Positions 1-10,200 of a stretch of DNA of 64,000 nt are shown piece after piece. A program made the translations under genes and the position numbers. Where the stretch lies: the IMG/VR virus record IMGVR_UViG_3300006028_000001, positions 33,470 through 97,469 of that record; one strand, given 5' to 3'. This DNA is from a virus. Under the pieces are notes generated by a model that was not told where the DNA came from, searched no databases, and saw only the letters and a program-made list of their open reading frames with translations. Each line of letters begins with the position of its first letter. Position 1 is the stretch's first letter.

Positions 1-1
1 C

Positions 2-970
2 GCGGCCAGGACGGGCAGCGGCTACTACTACGGGTCGGGTAACAGCCGCGGCAACAGCGCCAACGTCACCACCAGCACGGTGGCGGCGTCCACCCACAAG
101 GTGACCGCCACCGTCGCGTCGGTGCGCGGCGCGGTCTGCTACGACTGGTTCCAGTCGGCGGACGGTAACACCTGGTACTACTACACCACCACCACCGTCA
201 ACACGGTGACGATGACCAAGACGATCTCGGCCAACGAGCCGTTCCCGTCGGCAACCACCTGCCCGGACCTGTCCACCACGTGGAAGGGCACGGCCAGCAC
301 CAAACCCACCATCAACACCGCGGCGGACAACGGCAGCGCGAACGCCAACGACTACGACGGCTTCCTCGCCAGCCTGTGCGGCGACTACAGCTCGACCGGC
401 CAGTGGGCGCAGTCCGGCACCGCCACGGCGAACCCGTCGTACAACTCCAGCCTCGACGGTGCGGCGCTGACCCTGACCGGCGGCACCGTCACCGAGATTG
501 AGGCGAACCTGTTCCTGCCGCTGTGGCAGCAGGTCAAGTGCTCCCCGACCGCGCTGATGGTCAACGCGGTGCAGGCGCAGGAGATCGCCAACCTGGTTCT
601 CGGCGCCAACAGCGCGACCACGTTCCTGACCACCGACAAGGCCGGCCGTGTGTCCACCACGGCAGGCGGTCGGGTCGGCGAGATCGTGAACGCGCCCGCC
701 GGCGGTGTGACCGTGCCGATCGAGGTGCACGTGTCGCTGCCGCCGGGCACCATCGTCGCGCGTACCGACCGGGTCCCGTTCCCGCAGGCCAACATCTCCA
801 GTGTGCTGGAGTACCGGGCGCTGCGTGACACCGCCCAGTTCGACTACGGCATCAGCCGGGTGGCGAACACGGCCGGTGGGGGGCCGCGTAAGGAATTCGA
901 GATCCGGTCAAATGGGGCGTTTCTGAACCGCGCTCCGGTGGCCATGGCGGTCATGCAGAACGTCGGCTAA
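2..970 (+). CDS. Major capsid protein, C-terminal part (5' end outside window)
   Basis: Frame open from base 2; position upstream of neck genes; C-terminus (VPIEVHVSLPPGTIV...FEIRSNGAFLNRAP) resembles HK97-fold capsid ends; followed by strong hairpin. Confidence 0.7.
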   Translation, partial: AARTGSGYYYGSGNSRGNSANVTTSTVAASTHKVTATVASVRGAVCYDWFQSADGNTWYYYTTTTVNTVTMTKTISANEPFPSATTCPDLSTTWKGTASTKPTINTAADNGSANANDYDGFLASLCGDYSSTGQWAQSGTATANPSYNSSLDGAALTLTGGTVTEIEANLFLPLWQQVKCSPTALMVNAVQAQEIANLVLGANSATTFLTTDKAGRVSTTAGGRVGEIVNAPAGGVTVPIEVHVSLPPGTIVARTDRVPFPQANISSVLEYRALRDTAQFDYGISRVANTAGGGPRKEFEIRSNGAFLNRAPVAMAVMQNVG

Positions 971-1014
971 CCCCGCAACAGCGCGGACCAGCCGCCGCTA
1001 CCTCTCCGAAGTCG

Positions 1015-1060
1015 CGCGGTCCCCGGCAGGAGTCGCCACCTGCCCCCGCCGGGGACCGCG
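1015..1060 (+). terminator. 13-bp perfect stem-loop after capsid gene (terminator or mRNA stabiliser)
   Basis: CGCGGTCCCCGGC (1015-1027) / GCCGGGGACCGCG (1048-1060). Confidence 0.6.
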
Positions 1061-1088
1061 TGCCACCCGCCCACCTTGAGGAGCCTCC

Positions 1089-1700
1089 GTGCCCAACCCC
1101 AACGACGGGCTGATCGCCCCCTACGCCGGCACCGTCGGCCTGGTCGACACGCAGGCGTACCCCGCCGTCGCCGAGTACTACCTCAACGGCCAGCCCACCT
1201 TCCTGCGGGCCAACCTGATGCGGTCGACGGCCGTGGCGAACCTGGCGGCACTGTCAACCGGGGTGATGACCTCAACAGCGGTCCTGCTGTACGCCGGGGA
1301 CGTCGTCACCAACCTGACGTTCATCTCCGGTGCCACCGCGGCGGGCACACCGACTCACTGGTGGTTCGCTCTGTACGACACGGCGTCGACGCCGAACCTG
1401 CTCGGCCAGTCCGCCGACCAGACCTCCGGGGCGTGGGCGGCCAACACCGCCAAGACGCTGGCCCTGGCGTCGCCGTACACGGTGACTACGACCGGCATCT
1501 ACGAGGCGGCGGTGAACGTCACCGCTACCACCCCACCCACTCTGGTCGGCGCCTCGGTGCAGACCGGTGCGGCCGGAGCGGTCGTCTCGGGCATGAGGAT
1601 CCTGGCGCAGACGTCCGGGTCGTCCCTGACGACCACCGCACCGTCGACGATCGCCTCCCCGACAACGGTCGGGACGGTTCCGCTGGTCATCATCACCTGA
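1089..1700 (+). CDS. Putative virion structural/capsid decoration protein
   Basis: GAGGAG RBS, Thr/Ala-rich beta-type composition, directly after capsid gene. Confidence 0.55.
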   Translation: MPNPNDGLIAPYAGTVGLVDTQAYPAVAEYYLNGQPTFLRANLMRSTAVANLAALSTGVMTSTAVLLYAGDVVTNLTFISGATAAGTPTHWWFALYDTASTPNLLGQSADQTSGAWAANTAKTLALASPYTVTTTGIYEAAVNVTATTPPTLVGASVQTGAAGAVVSGMRILAQTSGSSLTTTAPSTIASPTTVGTVPLVIIT

Positions 1701-1732
1701 CCGGCATCCACGACACGAAGGAGCGCGACGCG

Positions 1733-2083
1733 ATGCGCCTCTACCCTCGGGCGGGTCAGACCGCCATCGACGACCCGGAGCATGGGCACTTCGACGCCGG
1801 CCCAGACGGCGGTTTCGACCTGCCTGAGCCGCTCGGCGAGCGGCTGCGCCGGTTCCACGTCGACCGGGCACCGATGTGGGAAACCGACATCGAGCGGCAG
1901 AGCCGGCTCATCAGCGAGGAGCTGGAGCGGCGCAAGGATCCGGCGACGCTACTGGAGGCGGTGGAGCAGATCATGCGCGCGGCCCAGGCGTCGGCTGGCG
2001 CGCAGGCGGTTGCCGCCACGCAGGCCCCGGCCGCGAAGGCCCGTGTCACGAAGAAGGCCGCACCACCCGCGTCAACCGAGTAA
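1733..2083 (+). CDS. Hypothetical head-region protein
   Basis: AAGGAG RBS before ATG 1733 (MRLYPRAGQ...); AK-rich tail. Confidence 0.6.
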   Translation: MRLYPRAGQTAIDDPEHGHFDAGPDGGFDLPEPLGERLRRFHVDRAPMWETDIERQSRLISEELERRKDPATLLEAVEQIMRAAQASAGAQAVAATQAPAAKARVTKKAAPPASTE

Positions 2084-2089
2084 GCCCCG

Positions 2090-2554
2090 GTGATCCTGGT
2101 TCCGCACACCCGCCTGCACCCGACGACCGCACGGCTGCTGAACCGGCATGCGCCAGGGCACCGACGGGCGCGGATCGGCCCGCGCGACATTGAGGCGTAC
2201 TGGGTGCTGCTGGCCCAGGCGTGGCGCGAACCGGGGGGCCTGATTGTCGTCGAGCACGACGTCGGGATTCACGCCGCGGTAATGCCAGAGTTCACGCGGT
2301 GCTCGCAACCGTGGTGCGGCTTCCCGTACCCGATCGGCGAGCAGCTGCTGGTGTGCCTGGGCTGCTGCCGGTTCACCGCGGAGTTGAAGACGGCCGAGCC
2401 GGACCTGCTCGACGCGGTGGGCCAGGACGACTCCGGTGGGATGCCGGCGCGGCACTGGAAGTACCTGGATGTGAAGATCCTGGACCACCTGCGGCGACGC
2501 GGCTACCAGCAGCATCGACACGAGCCGGCCGTGGCGCACTACCACCGGTACTGA
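2090..2554 (+). CDS. Small GT-A-fold glycosyltransferase-like protein
   Basis: LIVVEHD (hhhh-DxD-like), LGCCRF, downstream D and C-terminal His motifs resembling GT2-like enzymes. Confidence 0.45.
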   Translation: MILVPHTRLHPTTARLLNRHAPGHRRARIGPRDIEAYWVLLAQAWREPGGLIVVEHDVGIHAAVMPEFTRCSQPWCGFPYPIGEQLLVCLGCCRFTAELKTAEPDLLDAVGQDDSGGMPARHWKYLDVKILDHLRRRGYQQHRHEPAVAHYHRY

Positions 2555-2572
2555 CGTAGGCGGGGAGGCGAC

Positions 2573-3511
2573 GTGGCCACCCCGTATGTCACCGTCGAAG
2601 CCCTGCTTAACGCCCCGACAGGTGTGTCGTGGTCGATCATTCCTCAGCCGCGCGCAGACACGCAGAGCATGCGGGCTGAGGTCACGAACATGACCTGGCG
2701 TGCGACGAGCATGGTCGACAGCTACTGCAACCAGGTACTGCGCGCCACGGTCGACAACGAGCAGTTGACCGGCCCGGGCTCGCCGCGGGTCGGCATCGAA
2801 CCCGGCTCCCGCAACGGTGTGCTCATTATGCGCCGCTGGCCGGTCATCCAGGTGCTGGCGATCCAAACCGCCCGTAACAACACCTTCCCGCGGGCGTGGT
2901 CAACCATCCCGGCCGGCATGTACGAGCCGGCCCATCCGCTGATCAACCAGGAGACGGATTCGGCGTCGGCAACGATGCCCGACGGCGCGCAGAAGATCCT
3001 GGTTGCGCCCGACTTCATCGACTGGCGTTATGGCCGCAACGGCTATCGGGTGCTCACCTCCTACACCAATGGCTGGCCGCACACCTCCCTGACCGGTTCG
3101 GCCACCGCTGGCGCGACCACTCTCGCCGTGGACGACGTGACCGGCTGGGCCGGCGCGTCCGGGTTCGTCTACGACGGGCTGACCACCGAAACCGTCACGG
3201 TCACCAGCGTCGCGGCCGCCACGCCGCTGACCCTGCCCAACGGGGTCGGCACCGCACAGACCGGACCGGGCACGCTGACCCTGTCGACCGGCCTGAGCTA
3301 CGCCCACGCGCCGGGGGTGATGGTGTCCGCGCTACCGGCCAACGTCATCTGGGCAACGGTGCTGGCGGCCGCCTGCCAGGCACTGGAAAGCGGCATCGAC
3401 GCGATCACCATCCAGAACCTGCCCGGGTCGCAGACGGTCGGCGGGCACGGGGTGCAGGATCTGGAGAAGCAGTGGCAGGAACTGCTGTGCCCGTACCGGC
3501 GGGTGATCTGA
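2573..3511 (+). CDS. Head-tail adaptor with inserted beta domain
   Basis: N-terminal PYVTVE..., RATSMVDSYC, YTNGW and C-terminal LLCPYRRV typical of gp6/gp15-like adaptors. Confidence 0.7.
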   Translation: MATPYVTVEALLNAPTGVSWSIIPQPRADTQSMRAEVTNMTWRATSMVDSYCNQVLRATVDNEQLTGPGSPRVGIEPGSRNGVLIMRRWPVIQVLAIQTARNNTFPRAWSTIPAGMYEPAHPLINQETDSASATMPDGAQKILVAPDFIDWRYGRNGYRVLTSYTNGWPHTSLTGSATAGATTLAVDDVTGWAGASGFVYDGLTTETVTVTSVAAATPLTLPNGVGTAQTGPGTLTLSTGLSYAHAPGVMVSALPANVIWATVLAAACQALESGIDAITIQNLPGSQTVGGHGVQDLEKQWQELLCPYRRVI

Positions 3512-3512
3512 C

Positions 3513-4004
3513 ATGCCACTCAACAGCATCCAATGCTACGTAAAGGGCATCCTCGACGGTCTCCCGATCCCCGGGTCGACGCAGAGCCTCGATGCGTTCG
3601 TCACCCCACCAACCGTCGACAACCTCGACAACCCCAAGGCGTACATCTGGGGTGCGCGGATGCGCGGCACCCGGCAGACCATGCCCCGTGGGATCGCGCC
3701 GGCGGCCGGGTTCAAAAAGCTGATGTGGAACGTCGACGTGTACCTCAGTTACGAGACCAACCCGGACGACGCCAACATCGACCAGGAGTTCCCGCTGATC
3801 GTCGACGCGGTGATGGCCGCCCTGTGGTCGACCACCATGCCGACGTTCATCACCGACCCAACCACCGGCTTGAAAACGCAGCTGCTCGCGATCGGCGAGG
3901 ACTTCGACTTCGAGTACCCGCCGGAGAAGGCCCCGGCCACCCTGCGGATGGTGTACTACACGGCCCGGCTGGGTCTGAGCGTGCAAGAGGCGGTGCAAGC
4001 CTGA
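3513..4004 (+). CDS. Putative tail terminator/completion protein
   Basis: Size (163 aa) and synteny in neck cluster. Confidence 0.5.
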   Translation: MPLNSIQCYVKGILDGLPIPGSTQSLDAFVTPPTVDNLDNPKAYIWGARMRGTRQTMPRGIAPAAGFKKLMWNVDVYLSYETNPDDANIDQEFPLIVDAVMAALWSTTMPTFITDPTTGLKTQLLAIGEDFDFEYPPEKAPATLRMVYYTARLGLSVQEAVQA

Positions 4005-4459
4005 TGTTCTCCTTCACCGAGTCCGGTTCGGAGCAGCTGAGTGGGCTGCGTGGGTTCCGCTTCGCTGAAGTCGCAGCCGAATGGGGTGCCCGCGTCGAGC
4101 CTCGGGTTGAGCAGGCGGTGAAGGCGCAGGCGCCGGTCGGGAAGGGTCCCGGCGCGGGGACGCTGCGAGACTCCATCCGGGTGCGGATCCTGCCGGGTGT
4201 CGCCGACGTGAAGGTGGAATGCACATCGTCGGCGGCGTACGCCGGCTATGTCGTCAAGGGCACCCGGTCGCACGACATCCGCCCCCGCCGCACCAAGGCG
4301 CTGTACTGGGCCGACGGCGGCGGCAGCCACTGGGCGCGGCTGGTGCACCACCCCGGCACGAAGGCGAACAACTTCGCCGCGCGCGCGTTGCGTGACATCA
4401 CCCCGCATCTGGCCGAGCAGATGGCCGCCATCACCACCCGACGACTCGGCGGCGGCTGA
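4004..4459 (+). CDS. HK97 gp10-like neck protein
   Basis: APVG..G.LRDSI, YAGYVVKGT, VHHPGTKANNF motifs; TGATG overlap. Confidence 0.8.
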   Translation: MFSFTESGSEQLSGLRGFRFAEVAAEWGARVEPRVEQAVKAQAPVGKGPGAGTLRDSIRVRILPGVADVKVECTSSAAYAGYVVKGTRSHDIRPRRTKALYWADGGGSHWARLVHHPGTKANNFAARALRDITPHLAEQMAAITTRRLGGG

Positions 4460-4461
4460 CC

Positions 4462-4752
4462 GTGCCACGCGTGCAACTTCCCGAAGGCGCCCGCGCGGTC
4501 GCCGCGGACGGAACGGATCGGTACACCGCCGGCCCGGGCGACACGGTGAACGTCTCCGCCGGCCACGCCGCCGCGATCCGCCGATACGCGCGCCGCGGCC
4601 CGACCCGGGGTGAATCGTTTGCGGTCGCCACCCGCCGCGGCCGGTCCTGCCCGTCGTGTCGACGTCGGTGGAATGTGTGGACCCTCGAATGTCCACGTTG
4701 CGGGCGGGCAACCGAACCGGAGTTCGACCAGGACAGGGAGATGGACACATGA
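4462..4752 (+). CDS. Small Zn-ribbon protein
   Basis: CPSC...CPRC; tight packing with neighbours. Confidence 0.55.
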   Translation: MPRVQLPEGARAVAADGTDRYTAGPGDTVNVSAGHAAAIRRYARRGPTRGESFAVATRRGRSCPSCRRRWNVWTLECPRCGRATEPEFDQDREMDT

Positions 4753-5078
4753 GCATGCCCGACCCGGCGATCGCCCCCGGCGTCGACCCGGACGTCGACA
4801 CCGAACCGACCGAGACGCCGGATGTGGCGATCCGCAACATCGACGACGAGATCACCGTCATCGGTGTCGGTGCGTGGCCGACCGGCGAGGTCATGCACGT
4901 CCCGGCGTGGCTGGCCGCACGGCTGCTACAGAGTCCGGCCCGGTTCGTCGAGGCCGACAAGGCCAAGCTCGACGACGCGAACGCCGAGTCCGACACGGCA
5001 CCGACCAAGGCCGGACGCAGGACGCGCACCATCCCCGATGCCGCACCGGACGGCGAGCCGGCGAGCACCACCGACTGA
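4749..5078 (+). CDS. Hypothetical protein
   Basis: ATGA overlap and GGGAG RBS (MSMPDPAI...). Confidence 0.55.
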   Translation: MSMPDPAIAPGVDPDVDTEPTETPDVAIRNIDDEITVIGVGAWPTGEVMHVPAWLAARLLQSPARFVEADKAKLDDANAESDTAPTKAGRRTRTIPDAAPDGEPASTTD

Positions 5079-5164
5079 CCCGCACCACCGGCCCAAACCC
5101 CCACCTGGCGACCCGACCCGAAGCCTTGCCCGCGCCCCGTGCGCCGATCCCATAGGAGCAGTGC

Positions 5165-6379
5165 ATGCCCACCACCGTCGTCGAGCGCTACGGGTCGCTG
5201 TCCGCCACCGGCTTCGCGAAGGAAACCACGTTCGGCACGCCCGTCACGGCCACCACGTTCGTGCCGATGACCGGCAACAGCCTCGAACTCGACCCGGGCC
5301 TGTTCGGCCCGAAGGTGATGTTCGGGCAGCGCGACGTCAACACGTTCCCGCTATACGGCCAGTACAAGAACGCCGGGTCGCTGAACTTCCCGCTGTTCCC
5401 CACCATGGGTTTGGCACTGCTGGCCGGCTCCATCGGTGCGGACGGCGCCGTCGGCTCCGGGGTGACCGGCACCGGCTCGGCTTCGCCGAACACGCTGAAC
5501 GGGGCGACCATCGCCGGCGCCACCACGGTCACCCTGACTTCCGCGACCGGATACACCAACGGTTCGTTCATTCAGGTCGATGTCAACGGGACCGGCCCGA
5601 CGACCACCGCCGAAGTCCGGAAGATCACCAACGTGTCCACCAACACGTTGACCCTGGACACCGCCCTGGTCTACGCGCACGCCAACGGCGCGGCCACGAA
5701 GGTCGTGACGGCGCCTTTCACCCACAGCATCACCCAGGCGAACACGCTGCCGTCGTTCACGGTAGAGAAGAACCTCGGCAACTTCGAGTCGCTGCAGTTC
5801 GCCGGGGCGAAGGTCAACAAGTTCGACCTGCAGGTCAGCAACGGCAACTCCGAGGCCGCCTGCTCGGTGGATCTGATGGCCAAGTCGGCGGCGGTGCTGG
5901 CCACACCCACGGCGATCACGGTGACGAACGAGTCCCCGTACGTGTTCGCCGAGTGCACCACCTCGTTCAACAGCCAGTCGATCACGCAGACGACCAGTGC
6001 TGAGGTGACGGTCGAAAACGGGCTGAAGGACACCTACACCTTCAATGCCAGCCACAACCTGCAGTTCCTCACCCCCGTCACACTGAAGGTTAGCGGCAAG
6101 ACGGACCTGGTGTTCACCAGCCTCGACGACGCCACCTGGGGCTACTGGACGCAGATGACCGCCGGCACGACCGGTGCGCTGTCGGTGGCGCTGACCCACC
6201 CGGCCAGCGCCGGCGCGGTGACCCTGTCGATGCCGAAGGCGGTCATCCGCACCTCCACGGACGCGGTGAAGATGGACGACGTGATCATCACGACGCTCAA
6301 CTTCGACGCCTACCTGAACCTGTCGACGCTGCAGACCATCACCGCCACCGTCGTCAACGCCAACTGGCTGGCCTACTGA
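5165..6379 (+). CDS. Major tail tube protein with inserted beta domain
   Basis: GFAKETTFGT, LPSFTVEK motifs of phage tail tube proteins; AGGAG RBS; upstream of chaperones and TMP. Confidence 0.85.
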   Translation: MPTTVVERYGSLSATGFAKETTFGTPVTATTFVPMTGNSLELDPGLFGPKVMFGQRDVNTFPLYGQYKNAGSLNFPLFPTMGLALLAGSIGADGAVGSGVTGTGSASPNTLNGATIAGATTVTLTSATGYTNGSFIQVDVNGTGPTTTAEVRKITNVSTNTLTLDTALVYAHANGAATKVVTAPFTHSITQANTLPSFTVEKNLGNFESLQFAGAKVNKFDLQVSNGNSEAACSVDLMAKSAAVLATPTAITVTNESPYVFAECTTSFNSQSITQTTSAEVTVENGLKDTYTFNASHNLQFLTPVTLKVSGKTDLVFTSLDDATWGYWTQMTAGTTGALSVALTHPASAGAVTLSMPKAVIRTSTDAVKMDDVIITTLNFDAYLNLSTLQTITATVVNANWLAY

Positions 6380-6421
6380 CGTTGGCGCTACCGATCTACC
6401 GAACAGAAAGCGACGCGACGC

Positions 6422-6886
6422 ATGAGTTTCCTGGGACGGGTGTACGGCCAAACCGACAAAGTCGAGTTGGGCGGCGGCTACTACGTCGCCGTCAAACGGT
6501 TCCTGTCGGTGGCCGAAACCGCACGGGCCGAAGCGGTGCGCATGTCCAAGGACATCCGCTCCGAGGTCGACAACGACAGCAAACGGGCCACCTCCGTCAT
6601 CACCGTCGACCAGCAGGCATACAACGTCGAGATCATGGTCGCGGCCATCGACGACTGGAACCTCGACGACGACAACGGGCCACTGCCGCTGCCGCCGTAC
6701 ATCCCTGGCAAACCCACCGGCGACGACCCGGCCAACCGGGTGCGCCGGGAGTCGGTCGGTCGGCTGCCGGACTTCGCCGTCAAGCGGATCCTGACGAAGA
6801 TCAAGGAGAACGAGGAGGCGGGGCTCGACCCGGAGTCGCTGGCCGCCTTTCCAGGCGAGAGTGAAGGCGCACCTGAGCAAGCCTGA
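6422..6886 (+). CDS. Tail assembly chaperone (G-like)
   Basis: AAIDDWNLDD..G.LPL motif; between tube and TMP. Confidence 0.8.
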   Translation: MSFLGRVYGQTDKVELGGGYYVAVKRFLSVAETARAEAVRMSKDIRSEVDNDSKRATSVITVDQQAYNVEIMVAAIDDWNLDDDNGPLPLPPYIPGKPTGDDPANRVRRESVGRLPDFAVKRILTKIKENEEAGLDPESLAAFPGESEGAPEQA

Positions 6887-7211
6887 CCTGCTGCCGGCGC
6901 CCGAGGCGTACCGCATGTACTGCCTGGAACGCCGGTTCTGGGAGGAGTTCGGGGCGCCGCAACCGCCGCTGGACGACTGGCCGCGCCGCAAGGTGGCCGA
7001 ATACATCTGCGTTCAGCGCGCGATCGACGAGGTGGAGCAGGAGCGGGCGCAGCGCGACCAACGCGCCAACTCCGCCGGGCTACCCAACGGCACGGCGCGG
7101 CCGACCACCCCGGCTGACATCACGGACCAGGCGTACCAGCAGTTGCGAGCGCAGGCTGTGCCGCCACCGATGCCGAGCGCGGCACCGGCAGTCGCTGCGA
7201 CATCCACCTGA
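6849..7211 (+). CDS. Tail assembly chaperone extension (T-like), probably reached by frameshift
   Basis: Overlaps G ORF in +1 frame; no clear RBS; candidate slip site GCC TTT CCA at 6845-6853. Confidence 0.65.
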   Translation, partial: FQARVKAHLSKPDLLPAPEAYRMYCLERRFWEEFGAPQPPLDDWPRRKVAEYICVQRAIDEVEQERAQRDQRANSAGLPNGTARPTTPADITDQAYQQLRAQAVPPPMPSAAPAVAATST

Positions 7212-7232
7212 CCGGTCGCAGGGGGGGTCGCG

Positions 7233-10200
7233 GTGGACGACATCACCCTGCTGCTCGTGCTGGAGGCGCGGGACAAGGCCACCCAGATCCTCGACACCAT
7301 CACCAAGCGCGTCAACGGATACGGCGACGCCACCAAGGCTGCCTCCGCGCAGGCCAGCAGGAGCGCCACCGAAATCGAGGCCGCCAACACCCGCGCGGCC
7401 GCGGCGTCCGCCTCCTACGACCGGGCCACCAAAGCCAGCGCCGAAGCACAGGCCGGACTCAAAGACGCGATGCTGGCGTCCAAGGCCGCCCAACTGGAGG
7501 CGGCGGCCGCGGCCCGGGAAGGCTCCGCGTCGGTCGCCGCCGCGCAGAAGCTGGTCACCGAATCAGCCGACGCCGAAGAGGCCGCGCTGGTTCGGGTGCA
7601 GAAGGCCGAACAACTGGCCGCCACCCGGTCCAAGGAGTTGGCCGAGGCGCAGGCCGCCACCGCCGCGAGCGTGGAGAAGGGCGGCAGCGCACTCAAGACC
7701 GCCGGGGTCGCGGCCGGCGCCACCGCCATCGCCGTCGGATACATCGGCGTCAAATCGATTGAGGCCGCCGCCGACTACCAGTCGTCGACAACCCGGCTGG
7801 TCACCTCCGCCGGGGAGCAGCAGTCCGCGCTCGATTCGGTGCGGCAGGGCATGCTGCAGATGGCCGGTCAGGTCGGCTACTCGACCGACGCCCTGTCGAC
7901 GGCCATGTACAAGGTGGAGTCCGGCGGGCAGCACGGCGCGGCCGGGCTCGAAGTGCTCCGCGCCGCCGCCGAAGGCGCCAAGACGGAAAACGCCAACCTG
8001 GAAACCGTCGCCGACGCGGTCACCTCCGCCCTGGTCGACTACCACCTGAAAGCATCCGACGCGGCCACCGTCACCTCCAAGATGGTCGCCGCCACGTCGG
8101 CCGGCAAGACCACCTTCGAGCAGCTGTCCGCCTCATTCTCGGCCATCCTGCCGGTGGCCTCCGCCGCGCACGTCAGCCTGGACGACATCCTCGGCGACCT
8201 CGCGAGCATGACGGTGCACGGCATGTCGGCGCAGCAGGCCAGCCAAAACCTCGCCGACACCATCCGGCACATGCAAAACCCCACCGCCGTGCAGTCGAAA
8301 GAACTAGCGCTGCTGGGGATGACCACCACACAGCTCGCCGACGACCTGAAAACCAAGGGCCTGTCCGGCACCCTCAACGACATTTCCAACCACGTCATGA
8401 AGCTGATCCCACCCGGCTCGGACAAGGTGATCGGCAACCTGAAGACAGCGTTGAACGGGCTGAACCCGGCCGTGCGCGAGCTGGCGATGCACCTGTTCGA
8501 CGGGTCGATGACCGCCAAGCAGTACAGCCAGGCGGCGCAGGCGCTCGACCCGATCAGCGCCAAGCAGGCCCTGTCGTTCGGCACCCTGGCCGGGTCGATG
8601 CACCGAATCGGCGACCAGCAGATGACCGGTGCGCAGGTGATGCAGACCTACGGGGCGGCGCTGGCGAAGGCCACCGGCGACGCCACCGGCCTGAACACGA
8701 TGCTGATGCTGTCGGGTGAGAACGCCGGTGTGACGGCCGGTGCCATCAAGACGGTGTCCAGCGCCACGGCGGAGGCCGGCAACCACGTCAAAGGCTGGTC
8801 GGAGATTCAGGGCACCTTCAACCAGAAGCTGGCCCAGGCCAAGGGGTCGCTGGAAGCGGCGAAGATATCCATCGGCACCGGCCTGCTGCCGGCGGTGACC
8901 GCACTGGCCGGCGGCATCGTCAAGGTGATCACACCGGTCGCGTCGTGGATGGCCAAACACCAGTCCCTGTCGGCGATCATCCTCGGGTCGATCGGCATCC
9001 TCGCCGTGCTCGTGGTCGCCATCTGGGCCATCAACACCGCCCTGGCCGCGATGACCGCCATCCCGGTGGTGGCCATCATCGTCGGCATCGTCGCCGCGGT
9101 CGCAGCCCTGGTCGCCGGGGTGATCTACGCCTACAACCATTGGGGCTGGTTCAAGACTGCCGTCCTCGACACCTGGAACGCCATCAAGGTGGCGGCCCTG
9201 TTCGTGTGGCACGACGTGCTGGAGCCGGCATTCAAGGGCATCGCCGCCGTGGCGACGTGGCTGTGGGCCAACGTCCTCAAGCCGGTGTTCGAAGGTGCCG
9301 TCGCACTGTGGCGGGATGTGCTCGCCCCGGTCGTGATGTGGCTGTGGCACAACATCATCGAGCCGGCGTTCAAGGGCATCCAGATCGAAATCCAGGTCGC
9401 CTGGGCAGTCATCAGGACAATCTTCGAGTTCATCTCGGCCGTGGTCCGTGACGTGCTCGCACCGGTGTTCCTGTGGCTGTGGCACAACGTCATCGAACCG
9501 GTGTGGCAGGGCATCCAGATCGCGGTGTCGATCGCGTGGGCGCTGATCCAGGTCATCTGGGGCCTGATGCAAATCGAGATTAAGATTCTCGCCGCGATTT
9601 TCACCTGGCTGTGGCACGAGGTGCTGGAGCCGGTTTGGCAAGGCATCTCGGCGGTCATCTCGTGGGCCTGGAACAACATCATCAAGCCGCTGTGGGCGGG
9701 CATGAAAATCGAGCTGCGCCTGCTCGGTGACGCGTTCACCTGGCTGTGGCACAACCTGATCGAGCCGGTGTGGAACGGCATCCGTGACACCATCACGGCG
9801 GTGTGGAACAACGGCATCAGGCCGGTGTTCAACTTCTTCAAGGACATCATCAAAAACGACGTCGCGCCCGCATTCTCCGCCGGGGTTTCGGCGATCGCCG
9901 CCGCGTGGAATGGCGTGCTGGAGGTAGCCAAGGCCCCGGTCCGATTCGTGGTCAACACCGTCCTGAACGATGGCCTGCTCGGCGCCTACAACTGGATCGC
10001 GTCGAAGTTCGGCGTCAAACCCGACAACGTCCACGTGTCGCTGCCCGCGGGTTTCGCCGCCGGTGGCCGCATCCCCGGCGCCGACTCCCACGCCGACAAC
10101 ATGCTGGCCATGGTCGCCACCGGCGAGCACATCATGCCCACCGCGCGTACCCGCAAGTGGCTGCCGATCCTGGAGTCGATCCGGCTGCACGACCGGCTGC

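Noticed and set aside
6382-6864. -1 frameshift product or real ORF
   Set aside because: Arg-rich shadow frame that stops at 6864 and cannot reach the T-like ORF
9170-9920. Trp-rich DNA/protein repeats
   Set aside because: Ordinary tape-measure periodicity
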